The notes beneath the pieces are model-generated. The model made no database searches and had not been told where the DNA came from. It saw only the letters and a list, made by a program, of their open reading frames with translations. A stretch of DNA of 64,000 nucleotides from Plasmodiophora brassicae (Eukaryota), in assembly GCA_036867785.1 (NCBI GenBank), contig CP145425.1, forward strand, positions 434,001 to 498,000, given 5' to 3'. This document shows positions 1 to 10,361 of this stretch, piece after piece. Every line of letters begins with the position of its first letter. Within the stretch, counting starts at the first letter, position 1. The position numbers and the translations under genes were made by a program.

Positions 1-999
1 ATTGCCCAGTTGACAACGACCAGGACGATTAGCATGACAACCAGGGCCATGGTGGAACACAGCCAAGTCGGATCGCTACCGCAAAGACGGTTCGCGACTC
101 TCGTAGTCGTTACCGCCAACAGCACTGCAGCCAAGAGGATCCTGACCACCACGAGTTAACGCTACGTTGTGGGACATCCGAAATCCGACGAACCATATCA
201 TGGTAACTGAAGGCAATGCCGAGAACGAAACGATGAAGGCGACTGCAGGCACTCGGTGAGAAACGGCATTCGCCAGCCAGTTCGCGATCTGGGTCGTTGC
301 AGACAGCATCAGGCAGACGATGATCCAGACGTCGGTCCCGTCCCCGTGGCGGTAACGCGGCCCCCGAGCGATTCGCCACATCCATCGCACCATGGAAATC
401 AGCAGGAATAGGTTCCCGATGCACAACGCGGAACAGTAGACTCGGTATCCCAGCGACCGATACATCAGACGGACAGCATTGCGGTCATCTGACCTGATCT
501 TTGCATAATCACCTGGATGCGCCTGGGTCGGGACCCATAAGAAAGACGTCACACAGAGCGCGGTGCAACGCGAACCCACCTGAAGGTGATCACGAATTCG
601 CATGCCGTCCCGTGCACTAACCTCCACGACAGGGACGTCGGGTGTCCTTGTACCGCGGGCCATCGCGTGGAAGAACGTTGACAAGCGACCCAGGGAGGGC
701 GGGCCCTGGACCACGATACCGGCGCATTTGGCATTGCTGCAGGAACGCATGTACCGGAGAATCGAGGCGACCACATCGGCGTCGGGTACAACAAACATGA
801 CGCAGTCGCAAGCGCCGGACCGGCAAACGCCAACGGTAAGGCATCCCTCGACGTCGAACTGGTCGGCGTCGTTCCGCAGGAAGGCCGGCGAATTGACTGT
901 CAGGGCGTGATCGCCGGTGCCGACTTCCAATGCAGCGGCGATGGCCTGAAGAAGGCCGGCATGCGCGGTCAGCAGCAGCGCCGAGCAGCATGGCCGCAT
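1..999 (-). CDS. Signal peptide + PA (protease-associated)-like ectodomain + multi-pass TM protein; runs off the left edge
   Basis: ATG at 999 (MRPCCSALLLTAHAGLL). PA-like motif CAGIVVQ...DVPVVEVSARDGMRI, then hydrophobic helices. A GT-AG intron at 193-142 splices TMIW to ILLAAVLLAV...MALVVMLIVLVVVNW, which continues past position 1. Confidence 0.6.
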
Positions 1000-1303
1000 C
1001 TGATCTGCCTGACCCGTTGCTGTCGAGGCTGCCGCTGACGGATGCCGTCCAGCGGCGGGCCGGGGCACAGAAATAGTGCCCCGGCCACAGTCACGCCAAA
1101 TTCGCACGCGGCGTCCGCCCGACGTTCCTGTCACAGACTCTCGCACGATATCTGCAGATTCGAGCGTCGCACGATTCGTTACGTGCTGTGCGCGTGTCGT
1201 ACTGCTGCAGTGCGCGCCGGTAGCGTAACGAGGATCCGAAGATCGCCTACAGCGACGAGTAGTCTGCCAGGACCGAGCAGGAGTTCTTCATTCAGAAAAA
1301 GCG

Positions 1304-1825
1304 ATGTCGTCGTCGACAATGCTAGCGATCGTGGTGCTGGCCGCCGCCTTTGTTTCCCTGGGTGATGCTGAGTGCACGGCGCCGCCGCGGGCGGATGGCC
1401 AATGCGGCTATCGCCATGGGAACGCGTCCTGTCTGGTGCCCAACGCGTGTTGCTCCGACTACGGCTGGTACGCAGGGCATATACGCGTCTCGTGGGTCGC
1501 GTGCTAAGTATTCGCGCAGGTGCGGTGTCGATGAGTACCATTGCAACTGGAGGTCGGAATGTGCCCCGGACATGGCCAAGACGCAATCGCTTCCGCAGCC
1601 GGCGACGGGGCCATGCCGTACCGCGCCTCGCGACGATATGCGCTGTGGCCCGGATTTCGGCAATGCGGCCTGCCACGCCGCCGGCCAGTGCTGCAGTCAG
1701 TACGGCTGGTAATACGCGCCTCGTACAACAACCGATCGCCCTGCCGTCCTCTGACGCGTCATAGGTGCGGATCGGACGCCGATCACTGCAACGTGCACTC
1801 GGTGTGCCCTGCGAAGGCCCTGTGA
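1304..1825 (+). CDS. Small secreted chitin-binding protein with two CBM18/hevein domains
   Basis: Signal peptide MLAIVVLAAAFVSLG. Two CG...C...CCSxYGWCG...HC domains are rebuilt by removing GT-AG introns 1468-1519 and 1709-1764. No catalytic domain. Confidence 0.9.
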
Positions 1826-1971
1826 ACCGTGTTTCACGGCGATTATTTAGCATAATTAGTAAAATAGCAAGGAGGCTGTCGGTCCCCATTCCATAGGATT
1901 CGTCTGCGCACGGCAGGCAGACGCGGTATTGGACCGATTTGCGCGCAGCCGACGCGTTTTGGTCAAGCGCA

Positions 1972-2497
1972 ATGGGCGACGAAGACGCCGAGGACGACAT
2001 CGCCAATGAGGTGCCGCGCGACGCCATCTGCATCGACGCGATCCTGCGGTCGATGGGCGTCGTGGAGTACGAACCGAAGATCGTGAACCAGCTGCTGGAG
2101 TTTATGCATCGTAGGGTACTGCGGGGCGGACGTGCTCGCCGACGTTGCTGAGTCCTCCCAGGGCACGTGCTGGAGATTCTCGGCGACGCGCAAATGTACC
2201 AACAGCATAGCGGCAGGCAGAAAATCGACATATCCGATATTCGAATGGCGATCCAGACCAAGATGAATTTCTGCTTCCTGCAGCCGCCGCAGCGAGAGGT
2301 ACGCAGGGCGAACATCGTGGCTGGCGTGGGAACGACAATGGCTTACGTATGTCCAGGTGCTGCATGCGGTGGCTCTTGAAAGGAATCGGCAACCTTTGCC
2401 TGTTGTCAATCCAGACCGAGTTGGCTTACGGCTCCCTAACGAGAAGCTGTGCTTGCTAGCGGCGAATTACGATGTAAAGCCGAGACATTCTCACTGA
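1972..2497 (+). CDS. TAF9: TFIID/SAGA subunit TAF9 (histone fold)
   Basis: VPRDAICIDAILRSMGVVEYEPKIVNQLLEFMHR / ILGDAQMYQQHSGRQKIDISDIRMAI...FLQPPQRE / RNRQPLP...GLRLP; two short introns. Confidence 0.92.
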
Positions 2498-2534
2498 TGC
2501 ACACTTGCGACTGGAAGCAAGCATCGAGGGTAGA

Positions 2535-3105
2535 GCACCCGGTAGTGGGGCACCTGCATCTAGACATGGACTCGCCACACCCAGAATTGCAAATCAGCAT
2601 TGTAGTTGATGATTCCCCCGTTCGGGATTCAACGCCCAGTATTTTCACTCAAGGCAGTTGGATAGTTGCACATGGACCGCACTTGGCGGGCATCCGAACA
2701 GTTCAGGAGTTGCAAAGGCGAGACTCAGCATCCAGAACAGGCACTGATCCATTTTACAGCAGGAATGGTTCTGCACATCGTGTCGGTAGCGAGCGCATGG
2801 GAGCACTACGAGGCAAGTATTGGTTTTAGGTTGTGGTTCTGTCGGAGACGCCAGGATGAGTCCATCCCAAATGATTAGACTGTCCCTGAAGGATAGGAAC
2901 CGGCGATGAGCCGCTGCACTACAGGACGCCCAGTACCCGGTATACCTGGTGCACGACCTGTTTGCACGTACTGTATTTCTGGGTGATGAACGTAACGTGG
3001 TTCATCGGGTCATCGCCCTTCCTACTTTGGTGCCTCGTGAGACTTGCTCGTTGAGTCGCAGTACCACGCGTTGAATGGCCACCCAGGGTCAAACCAGGTT
3101 AATAA
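2535..3105 (-). ncRNA. Putative structured ncRNA; candidate telomerase RNA
   Basis: Long, lower-GC gap between convergent genes with no convincing ORF. Several nested long-range helices whose G-U pairs favour the minus strand. Template-like AACCUAAAACC at 2832-2822, with an adjacent helix and pseudoknot. Ends approximate. Confidence 0.55.
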
Positions 3106-3209
3106 AGTAGTGAGTCCTGATTATGACGAAGGTGTTTGAACAGTGACTAAATTGTATCGTTTAACAGTGATCGCGGACGTCCTTATGCAATCAGGGATGA
3201 AGTATGCGT

Positions 3210-4599
3210 TTAAACCTTGAGGGACTTGGGCTGCTCCCAGGTGAAGTCCTTCTCGGTGCGGCCGAAGTGGCCGTAGGCCGACGTGTTGATATAGATCGGG
3301 CGCTTCAGGTTCAGGTCGCGGATGATGGCACCAGGGCGCAAGTCGAAGTTGGCCTCCACGATCCGAAGAAGTTCAGTGTCCGATTTCTTCCCAGTTCCGT
3401 ACGAGTTAACGTAAACAGACAGTGGAGTAGAAATGCCGATGGCGTATGACACTTGGACTAATGCATAATGTCAGCAACAGGTCCTAGAACCATGATCGAA
3501 CGGGAGAATTACCCAAGCAGCGGCTTGCCAGGCCAGCGGCGACCAGTGACTTGGCCACCCAGCGTGCGGCGTACGCGGCAGATCGGTCGACCTTGCTCGG
3601 GTCCTTGCCGGAGAACGCCCCGCCGCCATGGGCGCCCCAACCACCGTACGTGTCGATGATGATCTTGCGTCCCGTAAGCCCAGCGTCACCATCGGGACCG
3701 CCGATAACAAAACGTCCCGAGGGGTTCAGATGGTACACGGTGTCCTCGTCCAGGTACCTCTCGGGAACAACCTGCTTGATGACATGTTCGCGAAGGTCAG
3801 CCATGATCTGAGTTTGGACCATTAGAACGGGTTGGAATGGTAAACACCCACAATGGATACCTGTTCTTGCGTGACGTCCTCCGAGTGCTGGGTCGAAATG
3901 ACAATCGTGTGGACACGCTTGGGAGTGAGCTTCCCGTTCTCTTCCTCGTACTCGACCGTAACTTGAGTCTTGCCATCAGGACGGACCCACGGCAAGATGC
4001 CCTTCTTTCGAACGTCCGTCAGGCGCGAACCAAGCTTGGTCGCGAGGACGTGCGTCAACGGCATCAGCTCGGGCGTCTCGTCAGAGGCGTAGCCGAACAT
4101 GTGGCCTTGGTCACCGGCGCCGATCTAAGAACCGCTGTCAATTACGGTCGACATTGAAATAGGTTGCGCATTACGTCTTCTTCGCTACGGTTCTCGTGCA
4201 CGCCCTGGGCAATGTCAGGGCTCTGCTCCTCAATCGCGACGACAACGTTCATGGTCTTGTAGTCGAGGCCCTTCTTCTCGTCATCGTATCCGACAGACTT
4301 CACGGCGTCGCGAACAACTTGCTCGAGGTTCAGCTTGGCGGTGGTCGAGACTGTTCGTTGATGACGTCAGAGACATGAACGGCAATCGGATGGGACAATG
4401 ATGCGATACTCTCGCCGAAGATCATGATCATGTTGGTCTTCGTTGCGGTTTCGCAGGCCACCTTGCCGTTCGGGTCGGCCGCCAGGACGGCATCGAGCAC
4501 AGTGTCCGAGACGCGGTCAGCAAGCTTGTCGGGGTGGCCTTCGTTAACGCTCTCGGACGTGAACAGGTACGTCCGCTTCCCGGAGTGGTCGACGGTCAT
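3210..4599 (-). CDS. MAT: S-adenosylmethionine synthetase (MAT)
   Basis: [67 protein letters not shown]; multi-exon. Confidence 0.98.
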
Positions 4600-5214
4600 G
4601 ATGATCGATGGTCGGATAGGGCTTGGCGAACGTCCCGCGATGCGTCGATTAGCGTTGTGACACGCGGCCCCCGTCGCCACTCCGCGGCGCGGCGCAGAGT
4701 CCGCGCAAAAGTTGCCATGGTGCTTGCACCACGGCTTGGCACTGTCAAGGCGGACGCGCCGCGACTGGAGGGGTCCCTCCCAGGGTACCAAAACGGGACC
4801 GGTCGACGGTTCTCAGTCGCCAGGTGCGACTTGCCTGCTCGCCCCCCGTCCCCACCTTCCTGATCTATTTTGGGTGACGTCTGTCGTCTGACACTCTGAA
4901 ACCCGAGCCGGGCAGCCGCTCGCTGGGGTCGCCAGCTTGTCGACCCCACCCACCCAGCAGCAGCTGCCGTCTCATAACGATTCACAATGACATTGCGAAA
5001 TGTCGGTAGCGGTTAACCGAAGCCTGCAAGGCCTACCGAGAGGCGGGGTCTCGCCGTCTCGACGACAGGCTTGGGCCCCTCCCGCCAAACCGCGGGAGAG
5101 TTGACCCGTCCGGCCACTTCGCGCACGGCTCGGGATTCACGAAATCCGGTTCCGTTTGGGCCCCAATACGGAGTACGCTAATGGTCAAGACTCAAGAGTC
5201 TCTGTGAGGCGGGG

Positions 5215-5553
5215 ATGAAAGTCAAGATGCTGATGCTGATGAACGCGGTGATGATGGTCGGGCTTTTCGTCGGTTGTGCGGTCGCCGGGCCGACGCTGGG
5301 CTTCTTGACCTATGGAGCATGCCAGACGGCATGTAATGCTGCAGCAGTAACCTGCTACGCGGGAGCAAGTCTGGTTATGGGGACGGTCACTCTGACAAGT
5401 GCGGCGGCGGGTCCGGTGGGCTGGCTCGCCTGGCTGACTGGAGCGTCCGCGACTGGCCTTGCGGCTGCGGCTAAGTGCAGTGCCGCCCAGGGTGTTTGCA
5501 TGGCCGCTTGCGCTGCGGCCGCAGCTGCGACTACGGCGGCGCCAACGCCGTAA
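5215..5553 (+). CDS. Small secreted Cys/Ala-rich protein ending APTP (copy 1)
   Basis: Intronless. Signal peptide, then GPTLG..YGACQTACNAAAVTCY...KCSAAQGVCMAAC...APTP with 6 mature Cys; paralogue of 6091-6420. Confidence 0.85.
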   Translation: MKVKMLMLMNAVMMVGLFVGCAVAGPTLGFLTYGACQTACNAAAVTCYAGASLVMGTVTLTSAAAGPVGWLAWLTGASATGLAAAAKCSAAQGVCMAACAAAAAATTAAPTP

Positions 5554-6090
5554 TCTACCTGCCCGTTCTGAATGACGTCTCAATACACTTACGTGCGCGA
5601 TGAATATTGCGGCAATGGTGTCACGTAGCACGCCCAGACTTCGTATTCACAGGAACGTTATATATCGTTATTGCGCTGATGTCTCGGTTCCAGTGTGGCG
5701 ATTGTAGCTGTGTAGATTGGGCAGATGAATGGAGAGAGTCCGCGGAGGGGAAGCATTCACTGCGAGCGCAGAGCTTGTTTTAAGGTCTGTGTTCGGGCAT
5801 GTTCCGAGCACAGCCCTTATGCCATAGATATTCGCGATCTTCTCCATTACAACCATGCGAGTCGGAGTACCACAACAAATCATAGACAGGTCTTTCAGGG
5901 GAGCAAGACCGCCGTGACTATGATTGGATCACCTCAAGACTCTAGGGGGGCTGCCGCCCTCTGTCCGTCACATGGCGCCGCCCGCCTTCCCAGTCGGTCA
6001 CTCGTGTGACCACGTCCCCGCTCTCAGAACCGATCCGTGGAGGTTACCGCCTGCTAGCTCCGACGCTTGACCAAGCCGACTACTAAGGAC

Positions 6091-6420
6091 ATGATGGTCA
6101 TGGCGCTGACGGCACTGGTCATATCATTCATGCTGTTCGGCAATGCGACGGGTGGGCCGACACTGGGATTCATGACAATGGGGGCGTGCCAGACGGCATG
6201 CAATGCGGCCGTGGTATCGTGCTACGGCGCTGCAGGGGTCGTGTTCGGCACCGTTACTGTTTCAGCAGCAGCCACAGGCCCCGTTGGCTGGTGGGCCTGG
6301 CTCACGGGGGCCTCATCGGCGGGGCTAGCGGCCGCTGCCAAGTGCAGTGCGGCGCAAGGTGCCTGTATGGCGGCCTGCGCTGCCGCTGCTGCCGCCACAA
6401 CGGTGTTGCCAACTCCTTAG
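6091..6420 (+). CDS. Small secreted Cys/Ala-rich protein ending LPTP (copy 2)
   Basis: ATG at 6091 (MMVMALTALVISFMLF). Mature region closely similar to copy 1 with the same Cys spacing. Confidence 0.85.
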   Translation: MMVMALTALVISFMLFGNATGGPTLGFMTMGACQTACNAAVVSCYGAAGVVFGTVTVSAAATGPVGWWAWLTGASSAGLAAAAKCSAAQGACMAACAAAAAATTVLPTP

Positions 6421-7240
6421 TTAGGAGAGACGTGTTCAAGACGCAACGAATACACCTTCGGGCTCACAGACTGGCCAGTACCCTGCAATCCGTCATCGCT
6501 CGTCAGCTTCTCTTGCGCACCGATTGCTTGAAATTTGTCATTTCCTGGTCTAGCGCAGATGCGCGCCGGTGCATCCCGTGTTTCGGCATCCCTGTGGAAA
6601 CAGGGAAGTAGGCAAGGAGATCGAGGTGCTTCAGTGCAATGCCCGGCACTCAGGCGTTTGCGTGCTTCTCAATGTTCCTCGGTCATGGGCGACCTCGACA
6701 TTCATCGCTGCGCGCAAAGAGCCTCACAGTCACTGGCACTCGTCGCCCGTAGCAATACCATCAACAGGCAATCAAAAGGCCTGGATCGTGGCGGACCACC
6801 GGGTGCACCCTGCACCCTGCAGCGTGAAAGCGGCGGCACCGACGGGAAGTCAATTACGCCCGCGGGCAGGGTCGCCAGGGACGTGTGTCATTTCGTCGTC
6901 CTCACGAACGCGTCGAATAACTGGTTCCCGAACAGGCAATCCAAAACGGAGCGGCTCCTGTATGCACTTCCCGATATTCTAGTACAGTCAATGCAATTAG
7001 CCCTTGGTGTGTGGATGCGCCAACAGGAGCCTGACAAGATTCCGTCCGATACGATATCCAGTCGTATCTTGAACGCTGCTATTGGTTGCCCAATAACCGA
7101 GATATTCCACTACGATATTATGTCCCGATTGTGGCGAGCCGCATGCTGTTGTCCGACCCTACCCGAAGGCGAAGATATCCACGCTGCCAGAGGCGCGAGC
7201 GGCCATTCCACATCTTGCCGGTTTTCCTAAGGTTGGCGTT

Positions 7241-8251
7241 ATGGGCATCAGGAGCGCGCTGGCATTCGCCGCCATAGCAGCGGTCCTGCATGGGGTCGTT
7301 GACGTCAACGCAGATTGGCCCCGACCTGCGGTCGGCATGGGCTGGCAGGTACGCACCTTGTGCACACGCCACCAGTAACGTACGTACGTGGGGCTGATAT
7401 TCGAATATTGGTTCCGTAGTGGGAGCTGACCTTCAACGCGGTTCCGGATGTGACGACCCCGAACGTTCCCGTGTGGGATGTTGACCCTGAACAGCTCGAT
7501 TCGACTGACATTCCGACTTTGATGAACGACCTTCACGCCAACGACCGGTACATCATCTGCTACGTCAATGGTATCGATTTCACCCACCGTACGGTACTGT
7601 CAAACCTCTAACATTCTACGAGTGGGCGCCCTGGACACGGGCAAGTCGGACGCGAGCCAGTTCACGGCTGTGACGCCCACGATCGTTGGCAACGAGTACC
7701 CGGGATGGCCTAACGAGTACTTCCTGGACATCCGTCGTAGCGAGACGCGCGCGCTGATCAAAGGCCGGTTCGAGCGCATGGCCTCGTACGGGTGCCACGC
7801 CATCGAGCCCGACAATCTGGACAGCTACCTGTATAACACGTTCGCCCCGACCGCCCCAAACCTGACACTTTCCGACACCCTGGACTACCTGGACTGGATC
7901 TCGACAACGGTGCACAACCTGGGCATGGCTGTTGGCCTGAAGAACTGTGGTGACCTGGTCGCGACCCACAACCTGGCCTCCATCTTCGACTTTGCCGTCG
8001 TCGAGTCTTGTGCCGAATTCCCAGGTGATTGCGCCAAGTACAACCCTTTCATCCAGGCGGGCAAGCCTGTGTTCGCCGCCGAGTACACCGACGTCGGGTC
8101 GGGCGGTTGCTCGCTCGCCTCATCGATGGAGTCGGCGTGTTCCGCCACGAACGCCGCCAACATCGAAGGCATCATCAAGGCGTGCGGTCTGGGGCCGGAA
8201 TATCAAGCCTGCCAGACGTACGACCTGAACGGGTACCGCACGGCACCCTGA
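7241..8251 (+). CDS. Secreted GH114 (endo-alpha-1,4-polygalactosaminidase-like), copy 1
   Basis: Signal peptide; introns 7349-7419 and 7571-7622. Motifs [52 protein letters not shown]. Confidence 0.9.
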
Positions 8252-8977
8252 GCGAACGCCAGGGCCGAACTTGATCCGTATTCCTGGTTCCGATCGTTCT
8301 ATTGCATTTATATTGTGCTGAAATAAACTGATATGTTGCTTTCTTGGACCTCATCAGAGACGGATCCCCATCGCTGCTGATGGCGGCTCCAGGCAGCGGA
8401 TGCTAGCCTTCAAGCACCGCTTCCGACTCCTGCCTGAGGCCTCTACGACTCCTCAGCCGACGCGCGAGCTCACCTTTACGCGACAGAGAAGACGACTTAC
8501 TCGCTCGAAGGAATGCTACGTCGATCTACCGGAAGGGGCTGCCGTACGTGGGGACGGCGCCGTCGGTTCGCGACACTGAACCGTGAGCATGCCGCCATGC
8601 ATTCAGACCAGCACCTGAAGCAACATGCGCCTACAGGGATGTCATCGGAAGTGTCCTCAAGGAGGACACTAACGTGTCAATCGGGGCCATCGGTGCCCTA
8701 TTCGCCTTCTAGGTCTGGACCCGACGGAGATGCTCGCCCCAAGCAGACCTGGCCCCCAACAGTGCCCGGTTGATTGTCGTGCGAAATACTGCTGGTCTAA
8801 ATCTGTCGAAGGATATGATATTCGATCCTGCAGCAGAGTCCCAGTTTCAGCGGCTAGCGTTGAACTTGCCAACGCCATTCGGAGATATGTCGACCTACAG
8901 CGGTGCCCGTATCCGATGATTGCACGAGGCGCTCGCGACCGTTTCAAATCTTGCTGTCGTTCCCCGCGTTGAACGTC

Positions 8978-10037
8978 ATGGGCACCCGGAACGCGCTGAC
9001 ATTGACAGCGGCCATGCTGTATTGCCTGGCAGACGTCGACGCGACCTGGACGGCACCACAGATCGGAATGGGCTGGCAGGCATGTGCACTTGCGACGCGA
9101 CGGTCGGAACGAATTCGGACTGACACTCGAGCGACACCTCAGTGGGAGCTGACCTTCGATACTGTCCCGGATGTAACGACGCCCAACGTTCCCGCCAGGG
9201 AACTCGTCCTGGATCTAGTCGCCCCAGATGACATCCCCACGCTGATGAACGCCATGCACGCCAACACCGGTACGTCATCTGCTACGTCAACGGTGAGAAC
9301 GGCGCTGCTAAACACCTTTGCGTCGATGTCGCGCGCTGACTGATCGGCAGTGGGGTCCTTGGAGATCAATCGTTCGGATGCGAGTTGATTCACGACGGTG
9401 GAGCCGGCGATCGTGGGCGCCCCGTACCCAGGATGGCCCGGCGAGTTCTTCCTGGACACGCGCAGCAATGTGACCCGGCCTAACCGCCGCCGACGCCATG
9501 GCCTACCTGAACTGGATCGCGACGACGGTGCACGGCCTGGGCATGGCCGTCGGCCTGAAGAACGGTGGCGACCTGGTCACGCCCCACAACCTGGCCGCCC
9601 TGTTCGACTTTGCCGTCGTGGAGTCGTGCGCTGAGAAACCGGGCGACTGCGCTCAGTACGCTCCGTTCATCCAGGCGGGCAAGCCCGTGTTCGCCGCCGA
9701 GTACACGACGGCAGGGTCGGGCGGCTGCCCAGTGATCAAGTCTGCCGCCACCGCCTGCGCCGTCACGAACGCCGCCAACTTCGAGGGCCTCATCAAGACC
9801 TGCAATCTGGGGCCCGAGTACCAGCCCTGCCAGACGTACGATAGCAACGGGTACCGCAGCGTTCCAGGGGCGCCGAACTGGTCGACGGGTTCTTCAGTCA
9901 CCGTGCTCAGTGCAGCGGGCGGTGTGGCCGACGGGATCACCGTCGTCACCGTTGCCGCGTGCCCGGTCTGCATCCGACGCGGGGCTTTGCGTGCCCAGCC
10001 AACTGGGCACAGCACCGGCCAGGATGCTCCCGTTTGA
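8978..10037 (+). pseudogene. GH114 pseudogene, copy 2
   Basis: Same exon layout as copies 1 and 3, but with a 1-nt deletion after 9265, an in-frame TGA at 9386-9388 (Gln in the paralogues), and a deletion at ~9480 removing the [19 protein letters not shown] segment. Confidence 0.85.
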
Positions 10038-10361
10038 CAGGCCTCGCCGGCTGCCTAATAACGCAGTGCTTGACTCGCATATCGTTCTATGTCATCTGGA
10101 CAAGCTCCCAGGTTACCACACCATACACCAACGCCTCGTCAGAGGCGTTCGTACTGTGATTCCGGTGAAACGAGTCGGCAGCGAGAGATTGTCGATGCGC
10201 TTGATCCAAATCTGCCTTACGAGATCTGCTTGCGCCCTATAGATATGTGCCACGTATCTGGTGCGGCAACAGGTACACAATATCGGTCCACGATCAGATA
10301 CCCTTCGACCGTCGACGAGCCCCCCGTATAGACATTTCGTATCTTGCAGGGGGTTGACGTG

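Noticed and set aside
2660-2820. Minus-strand ATACTTGCCTCG resembling the U1 snRNA 5' end; scattered C/D-box-like motifs nearby
   Set aside because: No U1 loop I/II or Sm site at the right spacing, no convincing rRNA guide, and no U3 box A.
2449-2878. Plus-strand ORFs (126 aa and 70 aa) in the TAF9-MAT gap
   Set aside because: No GC3 bias or recognisable domain, and the first overlaps the TAF9 end. A GC-AG-like donor near 2813 means a spliced gene cannot be fully excluded.
6535-7230. 231-aa plus-strand ORF before GH114 copy 1
   Set aside because: Non-ATG start, weak codon bias, no motif; probably intergenic.
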